In this document: positions 1-12,929 of the stretch, piece by piece
Position numbering within the stretch: the first letter of the stretch is position 1
Layout: each line of letters begins with the position of its first letter
Origin: Chiloscyllium plagiosum
Taxonomy: Eukaryota
Reading direction: 5' to 3'
Assembly (NCBI RefSeq): GCF_004010195.1
Contig: NC_057718.1
Coordinates: 30,572,045 to 30,623,952 of the forward strand
DNA: 51,908 nucleotides
Notes under the pieces: model-generated
The model's input: only the letters and a program-made list of their open reading frames with translations
The model's database searches: none
Told to the model about the DNA's origin: nothing
Program-made: the position numbers and the translations under genes

Positions 1-189
1 ATGAGACATGAAGGCTCAGTTAGGGCACTTGAGAGTTACAAGTTAGCCAGGAAAGACCTAAAGAGAGAACTAAGAAGAGCCAGGAGGGGACATGAGAAGT
101 CTTTGACAGGTAGGATCAAGGAAATCCCAAAAACTTTCTATAGGTATGTCAGGAATATAAGAATGACTAGAGTAAGATTAGGACCAATC
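1..189 (+). mobile_element. CR1 LINE ORF2 fragment (EN-RT linker), cut by window start
   Basis: ORF YKLARKDLKRELRRARRGHEK...FYRYVR...RLGPI; closely similar to 45358-45548. Confidence 0.85.
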
Positions 190-1899
190 ATGGCCCTAAT
201 GTGTTTAACTGTTTTAAATAAACTAACCTACAGAGTTAATTATTCCTTGATGAGTGATGAATGATTAGACCATTATCCTGACAGACCTAAGGCTGCAAGA
301 ACTACCATTAGAGCAGCCACATAAATTTGCCTGTTGAAAATACATTTGTCTTTTTGTACGTTCATTTGTTGATTAGTGGATTTTTATGTGGTAATTGCAA
401 TGTATTTAGGTTAAAATACCAGTTGGGCTGAATGAGAAATGGGCATTTTATAAGATCCTCAATATTTTCAATTCAAGTTATAATGTTGAGGACGTTTTCT
501 GGCACAATTGGAGAACACATGGCCAAATGTATGTAGAGCAGAAATTTGCCAGTCTACGTTGGGTAGTGATGATCACCCCACGTTTTGTCATCTTGTGACA
601 GGTGGAATTGATCTGAGCTACCAATCTTGATTGCTGTCATGAACGTCTGTTGAAATTGAGCATATTGCTGATGTTGGGTGAGGATATGTTCTGGTACACC
701 CTCCCAATAATCAGGTACCTTGTTGAAACACTATCAACCATAGTCGTGAAGAAAGCAATTTGAGCAAAGTACTTGGAGCCGAAAGCAATTTGGTAAAGAA
801 ATCAAATAGAAGAACCTGACCACAATACCCAGTTAGGTGAGTTAGCGTTTGAATTTAATTGGAAAAAGCAGCAATATGTGTTTAGCAGACTAAGAAACTT
901 TAATGCCACATTTGACCATGTTGTGTTGGCTTTTCTCTGATTATTCTTTTCCTGTTCCTTTGGGTAAATGTTCAACCTTCACTGAGCACTTCCTCCCTCA
1001 CTTACATGGGAGGTGGGGACTTGAATATGCCTTCATTCTGCCTTCAGCCATTTCTATCAATCAGTACTCATCACACTGCTCTGGGAAAAGTAACTTCTGT
1101 TTAAAATGAATGTTAAAAGCTGAAGAACAGAGGTACATCTAGTTTCCATTAGCTACTTTATTGACTCCTGTCTGATACATAGATATCCACATCAATTTCC
1201 TCCGAAGTGGGTAATGCCTGCTCTCCAATATCAACTATATAGTAGCATAGTGGTTATGTTACTGGGCTAAAACTATTGATAACACAAAACTTGACTCTCA
1301 GAAACTGAAGTGCAGCTGGCCTTTTGATTAGGTTTCCTCCTGCAGGTGTGCTACTCTAGAATTATAAGCAACTCACCTTCTGTTTTTACCATTAATGGCG
1401 GAGATCGCTCCTTTTTGCAAATTTGCGACCTTGTTCGAAAATTTGCACAAATTGATAGTTTACTGACATGTCTTGTTACCAACATTATTCTTTCTTTGCT
1501 ATCCAATGGTCGTGGTACAGTTATGCTAATAGCTAACATCTCCAAGCTTTTGTGTTCAGATCCTACCCATCACCCCTTATCCTATTAGACTGTTAAAAAT
1601 ATAGTTTATCAGTTATTCCCTGAAAAATAGCCATGAGTACTATTAGATAGTTAATCAAACTAAGTCTGCATGCATGAGTAAAGATTGATTAATGCCTAGT
1701 TAATCTTGTAATTTTTTTCGGGTGACCGCTATCATGGTGGATAAAGAGTGCCATTGGGGATATCAATTATGTGAAATTTGAGAAGGCATTGATTAGTATC
1801 CACACAAACTTTTTTGTCAAAATGAAAATACATGCAATTGGAGATGACCTGATGACAGGGGTTGGTAGTTGCATGGGAAATAAAGATGGAGTGTTTTTA

Positions 1900-2250
1900 G
1901 GAAAGCATTTACACAGCACTTTTCATGACAATAGTGTGTTCCCAAGTGCTTTATAGAGAACAAAGTCCTTTTAAGTTGTAATCATTATTGTAAATCAGGA
2001 AACAAAAAGCAACCAATTTTTGTGTACAAGTTCACATGAACAGCAAATGTACAATGATAATTATATGTGATGTAAATTGAGAAATAAATAATGCCATGGG
2101 GTTGAGGCCTTCATTTAGTGTTACTCTAGCAGGTGGCATCTCGAATAGTGCAGCATTTTATCGGTGTTGCACTGCTGTAACAGTTTAGAAATTTGTGGCT
2201 AAGGCTGGGGTGAGGCTCAAACCTAAATCATTCAATTCCGAAGTGAGGGT
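1900..2250 (-). mobile_element. Degraded Deu-domain SINE (SacSINE1/AmnSINE-like)
   Basis: gcatttacacagcacttttcatgac...cccaagtgctttatag...tcattattgtaaatcaggaaac resembles the reverse complement of the DeuSINE core and tail. Confidence 0.55.
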
Positions 2251-2574
2251 GCAACCAACTATAACAGCTGATGAGGCACAAAGCCCAGGATTTTTGCACT
2301 GACAAAGTACCCATGTTTGGAAATGTTCTGCTATCAACTGAATTAACTTGTACTTCCATATTTATACAGCCTCTCAGGAACGTTTTGCTTTGTGGAATGA
2401 TTTATAACCACGTCATGTGAATCCAGACCCACAGTGAAATGGTTGATTGTTAACTATTTACTAGGCAATTAGAAGAGGCAGTAAATGCAGGCCTAAACAG
2501 CGATGCCTACAGCCCATCAACGAATAACATGCTAAGTTTCATACCATGTCATATTTCTCATTTATGTTTACCTG

Positions 2575-3188
2575 TAGTGGACAGTGCATTGAGTATAGGA
2601 GTTGGGAGGTCATGTTGCGGCTGTACAGGACATTTGTTACACCGGTATTGGAATATTGCATGCAATTCTAGTTTCCCTGCTATAGGAAGGATGAAAGAGT
2701 TCAGAAAAGATTTACAAGGATGTCACCAGGTTGGAGGATTTGAGCTATAGAGATAGGCTGAGTAGACTGGGGTTATTTTCCCTAGAGTTTTGGAGGATGA
2801 GGGGTGACATTATAGAGGTTTACACAATCATGCGGGGCATGGATAGGATAAATAGACAAGGTCTTTTCCTTGGGGTGAGGGAGTCCACAACTAGAGGGCA
2901 TAGGTTTAGGGCGAGAGGGGAAAAATTTAAAGGGACCTAAGGGGCAACTTTTTCACACAAAGGGTGGTGCATGTATGGAATGAGCTGCCAGAGGAAATGG
3001 GAAAGGCTGGTACAATTACAGCATTTAAAAGGCATCTGGATAGATCTATGAATAGAACGGGTTTACAGGGATGAGGGCCAAATGCTGGCAAATGGGACTA
3101 GATTAATGTAGGATATCTGGTTGGCATGGAGGAGTTGGACCAAAGGGTCTGTTTCTGTGCTGTATATCTCTATGACTTTGATTCTATT
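2575..3188 (+). mobile_element. CR1 LINE 3' end (ORF2 C-terminus, 3'UTR, short tail)
   Basis: LSYRDRLSRLGLFSLE..RMRGDIIEVY; ends gggtctgtttctgtgctgtatatctctatgac. Confidence 0.92.
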
Positions 3189-4029
3189 TACAAAATAGTA
3201 AAGGTTTGATATTTTTGCAACCATCTTAATCCTATTTATGAATCTTAATATTTAATATTCTCTTTATTAAATGATTAAAAAGAAAATGATAGTCACTTTT
3301 TTTTTAACTGACTGGCTCTGATAATATGTTCCTTATTTCCTCATGGGAAGTGTGTGTCAATAGGACAGCATTTATTTCCACCTTCTAATTATCCTGGAGA
3401 ATGGTGTGGCTTAGCCTGCTGAACGATGTCGCTGTTGGTTTCTGGAGGTCCTCTTAAGCTAATGCTGAAATCAACATAATGTTAGGATTGGGAATGTCTA
3501 CCCCACAGAAATCAGTCGATGTTTGTGGATAGTCATCACTAAGGTCACAGTGAATGTTGTCACTTGGCCTAACCACACAATCAAGTCATCAGGCTATCAA
3601 ACTCACTATTTGCTACAAATTCTGTTACTTGGGAATGTGTGCAAGTGACCACATCTTTTTAATGTGTGCTTAACTGATGAAGGAATGGAGAGTTCTCAAT
3701 CCAAATATTTAGCTGACGCTAAGTGACACAGTTGTTTTCATGGGAGGAGCAAGTTGCAAAGGGACATAATCAGACGTTAAGTGTACACACCTGTAACAGA
3801 TGGAATCCATATGCTGAAATGAGACATCAAATATTTAGGATTTGAGACAGATAAATCAGAATATTTTTGTAATGTTGACAGACTGGAAGGTGTGGAGGAA
3901 TCCGAACACAGGAAGACTTCATCTTAAAATTTGGAGTTGGGCTATTAAGGAATGAAATGAGTAATTTTCACAAAATATAGTGTAAATCTAGAACATCCAG
4001 GAGATGCTCAGTAGGCTGAAATTGTCACA

Positions 4030-6530
4030 TGGTGATAAGGAAATCAAAACTTGGAATTATATATTCCAGGGTATGTGACTTTCAAAATGACAGATAAGCA
4101 GGAAAGGATGGTGGAGTATGGTTGTTACAGGATGGAATAAGTATGATAGTAAGAAATGATCCTGGATTGGAAGAAATAGAATCCAAAAGGGTAGCGGTAT
4201 GAAATAGTAAGGAGAAGAAAATTTGGTGGGACAGAGAATAAATCAGCAGATAATGAGAATAAAGGCAGTACCTTAATCATGAGTGACTTTGGTTTTCATG
4301 TAGATTGGGAAAATTAAATTCACAGAGGAAGCCACAAGAAGAATTCATAGTGTATTTGGGACAGCTTCCTGGAACAATATATTGCAAGTCTAACCAGGGA
4401 TCAGGCTGTCTTGTATAAGGCAAGTTTAATAAATGAGTAAAGAATACCCCAAGAAAAAGATTCTAGGAAAAGGTTAAGCCAACCACGGTTAACCAGAAAG
4501 CCAAGGACAGCATCAATTTGAAAAAGTATACAAATTGGCAAGTTTGGTCCCAAGTTAGAATTAGGAAAATTTTAAAAATCAATAAACAACTGAATAAGTA
4601 ATAAAGAGGGAGAACATAAACATTGAAAGTAAACTTTCAAATAAGCAAGAGCTTATTTAAATATATAAAAGGAAGAGAGAAGTCAAAGTGAATATCAGCC
4701 CTTTCGAGGATGAGACTGGGCAGAATACTAATGGGGAATGAGAAAATGGCAGAGGAGTTGAATAAACATTTTATATGAGTCTTCAGAGTAGAAGACCCAT
4801 TCCAAAATTGCTAAATAATCAAGGGGTAAAAAGAGGAGAGGAAATAAATACAACAACTATCACTAGAGAAAATGTGTTATGGAAACAAATAGGACTAAAG
4901 ACCAATAATTCCCCTGTACCTGATAGGAGGTATCCTCGGATATTAAAGGAAGTTGCTATTGTAGTGGAAATAATCTTCCAAAAATCCTTAGAGAAGTTCC
5001 AGAGGATTGGAAAACTGCCAATATAACACCTTTATTTGAAAAGTAAGAGAGAACAGAAACTGAACTCAATTAGCTTAATGTCTGATATTGGGAAAACGTT
5101 CGAGTCTATTTTAAGTAATCTAATACCAGAGCAATTAGAAATACATAATATGATCAAGATGAATCAGCGTGGCTTCATGAGGGGAAAATCGTGCCTGGCA
5201 AATTTACTCAAATTCTTTGAGGAAATAATCAGGATAGATAAAGGGGAAGTAGTGGAGATGAAATATTTGGATTTTCAAAAAGCTTTTGATAAGTTGACTA
5301 ATGTGTAGTCCTTAATAAGGTAAGAGCCTATACTGTTGAAGATGGTGTGTTTGCATAGATAAGAGATCAGAATCAAAAAGTGTGGTGCTGGAAAAGAACA
5401 GCTGGTCAGGCAGCATCCAAGGAGCAGGAGAGTCGACATTTCTATGAAGAGCTTATGCTCGAAACGTCAACTCTGCTGCTCCTCTGCTGCATCCGTAGTC
5501 CTCATTTTCTCCTAGACAGAGGATTGGCTAACTAATAGAAGACTGAGAATTGAGATCAGGAGAGTTTTCAGGATGGCAGTTGTACCTCGTGGTGTGCCAC
5601 AAGGATCAGAGCTGGGTCCACAGTTATTTACAATATATGTAAATAACCTGGATAAAGAAAGTGAATGTATTATAACCAAGTTTGCAGGTGACACAAAAAT
5701 AAGTGGGAAGGCAAGCGGTGAAGATAACACATGGACTCTGCAGAGGGACATAAATAGCCAAAACAATGGTTAAAATGTGATGAAAATGTGAGGCTGTGCA
5801 CTTTGGCAGGAAGAATAGAGGAGTTAAAGATTATGTAAATGGAGAAAGACTGCAGAAAACCACAGAACAAAGGGATTTTGGATTCTTCATGCATGAATCA
5901 CAAATGGCAACATCAAAATTCAACAGGTGATAGGGAAAGCAAATGGAAGCTGGCCTTTATTTTAAAGAGAATGGAGTATAAAAATAGGGAGGTTTTGCTA
6001 AAATAATGCAAGGCATTCGACAGACCACAGCTGGAATACTGAGACAAGTTTGGGCCTCTTATCTGATAAAAGATGTATTTGCATTCAAGGCAGTGCAGAC
6101 AAGGCATGGAGGTACTGTCTCATGAGAGATTGAGTAGGTTGGGCCTGTATTCATTGGAATTTATAAGAATGAGAGGTGACCTTAAGGGACTTGAAAGAGT
6201 AGTTGCGGAAAGATTGCTTCCTTTTCTAGGAGAGTCTCGGACCAAAGGGCATAATCGTAGAGTAAGGGGTTGTACACTTAAAATAGAACAGGAGGAATTT
6301 CTTCTCAGAAGGTAGTGGACCTGGGAAATTCTTCATCGCAGAGGGCTGTCAGGGATATGTCATTAAGTATATCAATACTGAGACAGATTTTTAATAGGTA
6401 AGGATATCAAGTGTTTTGGGGAAAAGGCAGGAAAGTGAAGTTGAGTATTATCAGATCAGTCATTATCTCATTGAATGGTGGAGCAGACTCGATGGGCTCA
6501 ATGGCGTACATACGCTGTCACATCTTATGT
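4030..6530 (+). mobile_element. Degraded CR1 LINE ORF2 (EN remnant, RT, 3'UTR), interrupted at 5363-5513
   Basis: ORF pieces GFMRGKSCLANLLKFFEE..YLDFQKAFDK, GVPQGSELGPQLFTIYVNNL..KFAGDTK, RLSRLGLYSLEF. Confidence 0.9.
5363..5513. mobile_element. Penelope-like fold-back fragment inserted in CR1
   Basis: gtgtggtgctggaaaag...tcaggcagcatccaaggagcaggagagtcgac...gaaacgtcaactc...gtcctcattttctcct; same family as 40690-40899. Confidence 0.75.
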
Positions 6531-6594
6531 TCTTGCAAGAGGCTAGATGGTCCACCAGATAAATGCTGAGGAAACAGTGGGTCCAGCCTCAACA

Positions 6595-6944
6595 GGCAGC
6601 ACAGTGGCTTAGTAGCTAGCACTGCTGTCAGACAGCACCAGGGACCCGGGTTCAGTTCCACCCTCAGACAACTGACCGTGTGGCGTTTGCACATTCTCCC
6701 CATGTCTGTGTGGGTTTTTTCTGGGTGCTGCAGTTTCCTCCCACAGTCCAAAGATATGCAGGTTAGCTGGATTGGGCATGGAAAATTGCCCCTTGGTCCA
6801 GGGAATGTATGGGCAACGTGGGTTAGCCATGAGAAATGCAGGGTTAGAGGGGAGGGGGTGGGTCTGAATGGGATGTTTTTGAAGAGTCTGTGTGTACCTG
6901 ATGGGCTGAATGTCCAGCTTTCACACTGTTGAGATTCAAAGACT
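6595..6944 (+). mobile_element. HE1-type tRNA-derived SINE (V-SINE superfamily)
   Basis: A-box-like tggcttagtag, B-box-like ggttcagttcc, V-domain gtttgcacattctccccatgtctgtgtgggttt...ttcctcccacagtccaaaga. Confidence 0.85.
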
Positions 6945-7284
6945 GGAGTGCAAATAGTTGAAAGATCTCTAACAAGTAGTCAAAGTCAGTGAATTTGTCT
7001 TCAAAAATCTATCCTTTCAAATGAATACAAATGAAAACAAAAATTTTCAATGCTGTTATCAAATCTCCTGTGTCTGCACGCAACATCAGTTGCCGCCCTC
7101 CCATGGCCAGTCATATTGCTGCTGGCAATGTGCTGAAACTCGTATTATCAGTAATATAATAGCTTCACTACTGTTTTATGGCATACACTGATGTGGGATC
7201 ACATCTTGATTCTAAACCATTCTAACTTACTTCCTCAGTCATGACTTTGGTTGGTGCAATTAAATCTATATGGTTAATTTATAG

Positions 7285-7510
7285 GGTCATAGAGTCATAC
7301 AGCAGGAAAACAGACCCTTCTATCCAACTTGTCTGTGCTGACCAGATATCCCAACCTGACCAAATTGGGATTTGACCCATATCCTTCGAAATCCTTCCTA
7401 TTCATAAACCCATCCAGATGCCTTTTAAGTGTTGTAATTGTAGCCACCTCCACCATTTCCTTTGGTAACTCGTTCCATACACGCACCACCCTCTGCGTGA
7501 TGAAGTTACT
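7285..7510 (-). mobile_element. CR1 LINE 3' end
   Basis: Minus ORF VRVWNELPKEMVEVATITTLKRHLDGFMNRK plus 3'UTR. Confidence 0.88.
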
Positions 7511-7639
7511 TACTTTCCAGTCCCCCTACAGATGAATGTTATGTGACTCTGTGCTCTCAACTGATACTGATATGTGGCTTTGGACTTTTCCCCAAGCAAA
7601 CAGAAACCCTGCCCATCAAAAAGACTCCTTTTTTTTGTT

Positions 7640-7980
7640 TATGAGGGCAGCTCATCACCACATTCTCTAGAGCAATTAAGGATGGGTAGCAAATACTGGA
7701 CCAGCCAGTGAAACCCAAATTTCCTGAATAAATTTAAAAAAGGTCCCCTCCAATTCATAGACTATTCTGACATGGAACTATATCGTTGTTCCTTCATTGT
7801 CAGTGAATCATAATCCTGGAACAACCTTCGGAACAGCACTCTGGGTGTCCCTTCACGCCTAGAACTGCAGCAGTTGAGGAAGGTAGCTCACTGACATCTT
7901 CTCCAGGGAAATTAAGGAAAGACAATAATTTCTAGCTAGATAGTGACACAAACATCCCGTGAACAAATATAAAATTAAAA
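7640..7980 (+). mobile_element. Two tandem CR1/L2-type LINE 3' tail fragments
   Basis: The motif gcagctca.cac...ttctc.ag.gcaattaagga...aaat.ct.g...cagtga...acatccc.tgaa occurs twice; related pieces at about 2460-2530, 9830-10110 (-) and 37650-37720 (-). Confidence 0.6.
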
Positions 7981-10806
7981 TCTGATCTCAGCCAGAATAA
8001 TAGAATCTTTCACTGTCATGTGCCTGGCACTTTGGACTCTGTCAGACCTTTTCAACATGACAAAGCCATTTATTCTTCAATTTATGAGCATACATATATG
8101 TTTGGAATATTCCAAAAAGATACTTGGATTAGGATGCCAAATGTTTCCTTCTACATCCTGCAGGGATACCCTGCTCTTTTTAGATGAATTCTCTCAAAAA
8201 AATTATAATTTTATTTGCCTTGGCCTCATCTGACCAATCTCCAGCATCCTGTTTGGATTTTCTGAAACAGTTGTCATTGGGCAGACACTAAGAGGCTTGA
8301 AATACTTGTGACACTGATTATGTCATTGAACCATGAAAGTTAATTCATAAATAAAATGTTTAACTAGATTAGGTATCACCTAATTGTGATGGAAATTTTG
8401 ACCAGTTTTTGAAAATTGGTTAACATATAATGCCATCAAAAAGAAATAATGCCATCAAAAAGAAACAATGCAATCTCATGGTAGTGAATGGACTCAGTCA
8501 ATTTTGTCAGTCGGGAAAAGGCGGAAAATTGGGCATGAGGAATGTTGGATCAGCCGTGGTTCCATTGAATGGTGGAGCAGGCTTGAAGGACTGAATGGCC
8601 TAATTCTATTCCTATTTCTTACAGCCTTAATGTCTCTCATGCACTGTTATTGGCTTGTTTTGCAAGTAGGGGTGAGGAGAAATGTTAAGGATTAACATTA
8701 ATCCCACTGTAAACACAATCAAATCCTCTTCATAGCATTCATCCCAATTTATCAGACCAAATGAAGGACAGTACCTTCATTTGAAGGCTGGCAGAAAATT
8801 GGTTGCAAATGAAGACAAAGGAACTACTGCTTTTCAGGCTTTAAAACTAGTCAACTTTTATAAGCAGGTAAAAGTGGCAATAGATCCTATAGGAATCTGA
8901 GAAACAGTAAGTGTATACAGCAAGGCTAATAATTATTCATATTTGTTGCATCCCATTCTACTGTTCCCAATGATATACATTACTGTCACTGCAAACATTT
9001 CCAATGTTTTTCTAAACAGTAACTGGTTCACAAGAGTGTTATTTATATCGTCCGTGAAATTTTAACACTCATCTGTCCTCATTTAATAATGAGCTGTTCT
9101 CTCCCATACTCCTTGACATAATTTTAAAGAAAGAAAACATCATTAAAGACAGATGGGGTCTCCAGCAGGGAAACTATTACCAGCTCAGACAATGCTAACA
9201 AAAAAAGGAGAAAGAAAATCATTTCAAACTGGGTGGAAACCAAGGAAATAGGAATGACAACTGTGTCACAGGTAAAAAATGCAGAATTGGTGTCTGAATA
9301 AACAAGACATCAGGTTGTGAATAGTAGTGAAAGCTCTAAAGCATTGGTAACACAATCAGTCTAATGGAAAGAAAAGTTGCTCTGTGAAGCCGAGGTCATG
9401 TGATTGTGCCAACAGTTACTGCAGAAAAGAAGCACAATTCCGATTCAATTACACAGGGCTCAAAATGGAAAAATAGACAAACCAAACACTTCATTTTCAT
9501 TTCTGCCCAGATCCTATCAAACAGTGCATTTTTGTTTGTTCACAGTGATCCTGCTTTCTGCTGAATACAAATATTTTATGCATTAGTGGATCTCCTGTGG
9601 ACTTGCGTACTTTGTAAGAGAGAAATATTTCTCTTCCCTATCTCTCATCTATATGTCACTGCTTCTTCTTCACTTGTGCTTCTCATATTTTAACTTTTCT
9701 TGTTTGTCCTCCTCATCTGTTGCCTTTTGTGTCAGTGCCTTTCTCTGTGTTTACCTTCACTTCCATAATTTTCTTTCATAGCTCATAGATGTCTCATTTT
9801 TAGTGGGTGGTGGCAAGGTGAAGAGGATTTTTTTATTGCTTATGGGGTGAGGACGTAGTGCTGCAATTCATTCAGTTGAGGTACATCTACAATTAGGGAG
9901 GGAGTTCCAGGCGTTTGACCTGATGACAGTGAAGGATAAGTGATCTATTTCTGAGTCAGGATGGTGAGTGGCTTGGAGGGAAACGTGCAGGTGGTGGTAT
10001 TCCATTTATCTGCTTGCCTTGTCCCTCATGATGTCATGATTGTGGGTTTGGAAGATGCTGTCAAAGGAACCTTGGAGAATTTCTGCAATGCATCTTCTAG
10101 ATGATACCCAGGGTTGCAGGTGGATGGGGTGCTTGGTACACAAACTGTCAGGAAAGTGATGGAGTGCTCAGCCTAAATCAGGGGAGAGACATTAGGTGCA
10201 ATGGTGGGAGAAGGAAATGTTGGGAGTATCACGGAAGGGGTGGAAGTGGGGTCCTGCAATGATAAAGGTTTCAGGTTGGCAATGGGGTCAGTGGTGAGGG
10301 TTACAGAAAGGCAGTCACTTCTGGGGGCAGATGGAATCATGTTAGATTAGGGTTTGGGGAGTGGAGGTAGAGTGGAGACTGTCAGGAGTCCAATGCATGT
10401 AGGAGGTTTTCAGGGTGTGCCCAGTGTGTCCAGGACTCCAGGACTTTGACTAAGGGTGGAATCTTAAAGGGGCCAATTGATGTGAGTAGTTGCAGGATTG
10501 CTGGCTGAATCATGGTGAAATCAGGCAAGGCCTATTTTGATGTCAGGAACAACTTGCTTCATCATTTATGCATCTTCTCAGGTAAAGGCAAGTTTCTTTT
10601 TTAAAACAACAAATTCTCAAATAGTTAGGTAACTCCGAGTTGGGTATGTAACAAAAACGCAACCAAATGGTTAACAGGAACCTATGAAAATTGAAGGAAT
10701 CTTATTAACCAAAAACGTTTTCCAGGGTGATGATGCATCGTAACCCCTGTAGTGCCCTCCAGTCTCTAAAGGCCTCTGACATGCGAGTAGACACCATTTG
10801 CTCTTT

Positions 10807-10913
10807 CTCAATGGATGCTTGAGTGTTGACTTAACTGCGGAAGAGGGGCAGGCAGTCAGACACTATGAACCCCTTGAAGGCGACTGCTAGACTCTATTAA
10901 TGGCTGTCATGGG
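10807..10913. repeat. 107-bp dispersed direct repeat, copy A
   Basis: Ungapped match to 11708-11814 with 18 mismatches in 107 nt by hand count. Confidence 0.93.
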
Positions 10914-11707
10914 GCTAGTTTCTCACTAGGCAGTGGCAATTAACCAATTAAGAGGGATTACTATGCAGGGTGAAATGCACGAAAACCAGATGAGAAGGAT
11001 ATCAGTGGGACAGGATAAGTAGGCAATAAGGTGGGTTTGGGAAGATGTGATGAGAAATTTCACTGGACCTAATGGCAAGAAGTCCTTCAAAAAACTCAAT
11101 GCAACTGATATTTAGCCAATAAAAAGTAAGATTCAGCCAAGGTTTTTAATTGCTTAACTTTACCTGAGTAACTGGAAACTGAAAATGGAAGCCTCTGAAT
11201 TCTCTGGCTTTAATGTTCTCTTTTGAAGGATTCCAGACTCAGGGGAATTGGCCATCAGAGTCTTCAATTTACTGGGCAATTCTCCCATGACCATCTGGCC
11301 ATCTGAATATCCCAGCCAGTGCTTTGAATATGCTCCCATTCAGATGAGGATCTAATGCCATCTAGTTGTGCTGTTCTGGAGAAGCTGAAACAAATGCCAT
11401 GGCCTGTATTATTTAGTTCAGTTTGAATCCTAAATATCACCTGTCAACCTTCAAATCATACCTAATCTATATAATCCCATAACCAACCATAAATAATGTA
11501 GCAGCTTATATGTTATAACAAGACAATCATTATAATTAATGTACATTAGCCATCAGTGAACTTCATATGCTTGAATTGCTGTACAATTCACAGGAATTCC
11601 CTCCTTTTCCCTATCTCTTTTTCCTTTAAGATTTTCCTGAATATCCTTTGATCGCCTTTGAATACAGGAGAAAGAGAGGCACCTTATGGCATCATGTCTT
11701 TAGTCCC

Positions 11708-11814
11708 CTCAATGGGGGCATGAGCACGGACATAGCTGCAAAAGAGGGACAGGCAGTCAGACACTATGAATCCCTTGAAAGCCACTGCTACACTCTATTA
11801 ATGGCCGTCACGGG
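11708..11814. repeat. 107-bp dispersed direct repeat, copy B
   Basis: Shares caggcagtcagacactatgaa and actctattaatggc with copy A, 901 bp upstream. Confidence 0.93.
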
Positions 11815-12024
11815 TCATCCTATGAAGCAATGTACCATCAGCTACACAACAAGCAATATAGACGAGGAGAGCTTGCTATTCTCAGAACCATCCCATGGCG
11901 CTTTGAAGTAGACAGAAAAGAAGTTGAAGCCAAATGTCAGGTAGTTGTACCAAATGTTTTTTTTTCTCAATTTAACTTGAGTGTATAACTTCTGCATTAT
12001 TAAAGAAATTTCCAGTACATACAA

Positions 12025-12550
12025 ACATGCAATTAAGAAGCATATTTAGGCCACTCAGCCCCTTGAGCTTGCTCTGTCATTCAATACGATCATTACTCTA
12101 TATTCCTACCTACCCACAATAACATTTGATCCCTTGCTTATCTAAGAGTCCACCAACTTCTGTCTTAAGTATATTCAGGGACTTTGCTTCTATTGCCTTT
12201 TAGGTAAAAGCACTCCAAAGGCTCTCAACTCACTGAGATTAAAAACGTTCTTATCTCTGTCTTAAATGGGTGACCCCATACTTTTAAACAGTAACTCCTT
12301 ATTCTAGATTTTTCCACAAACAATCGTCCTTTCCACATCCATCCTGTCAAGATCCTTCTGGATCGAACAAGTGTCAATTAAGGCAACTCTTACTCTTCCA
12401 AGCAGGCACAAGCTTTACCTCTCTGATCTCCTCTTAAAACAACCTACCTGTTCTAGTTATTAGTCTAGGAAACAATTCTAAACTGCTTCCAATACATATA
12501 TGTCTTTCCTTAGATAAGGAGGTTATACTTGGTACTCCAATATGGTCTCA
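12025..12550 (-). mobile_element. Degraded CR1 LINE 3' end
   Basis: ggccactcagccccttgagcttgctctgtcattcaatacgatcat...ctctgtcttaaatggg...ttctagatt; reverse complement of a CR1 3'UTR and ORF2 end similar to 51625-51908. Confidence 0.7.
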
Positions 12551-12929
12551 ATGTAGATATTGGAACCTTTTATCACAGTGTTAATATTCTAACCAATAAA
12601 GCTATCTCAAAATCAGAATAAACTCGATGAAATATAATTTTTAAAATGCTGGAATTACTTGTATCATGTTTATTTAATAAATATCATAAAAAGCTTTACC
12701 GAATTATTATAAATTCTCAGATTTTTCATACTTTAGTAGGTGTTAGTTTCTCATCCCAAAAGAAATAAGAAATGTATGTCTTATTCATTGATGAAACAAA
12801 TGTTTACAGCTTTGATTTATTGGCAATTTGTTTTTCAATTGATCCCTGTGTTGCAATTAATTTAAATGAACTGTAATTGTTTTTTAATAGTCCTTTAATT
12901 TTCCATAATGCATGTAAAACAGTTTCCAA

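Noticed and set aside
8427..8464. 19-bp tandem duplication (ataatgccatcaaaaagaa)x2
   Set aside because: Ordinary slippage-type duplication with no sign of function.
10727..10780. C/D snoRNA-like GTGATGA...CTGA
   Set aside because: Only about 50 nt with no convincing terminal stem; expected by chance.
11641..11650. ATATCCTTTG, a perfect AT-AC U12 donor word
   Set aside because: Similar words occur inside CR1 copies here (about 17680, 17721, 50905), and I see no supporting upstream exon or AC acceptor.
11765..11817. SECIS-like RUGA...AA hairpin on the minus strand of the 107-bp repeat
   Set aside because: The 3' side reads UUCA rather than NGAN, so there is no tandem G-A quartet, and it is not in a known 3'UTR.
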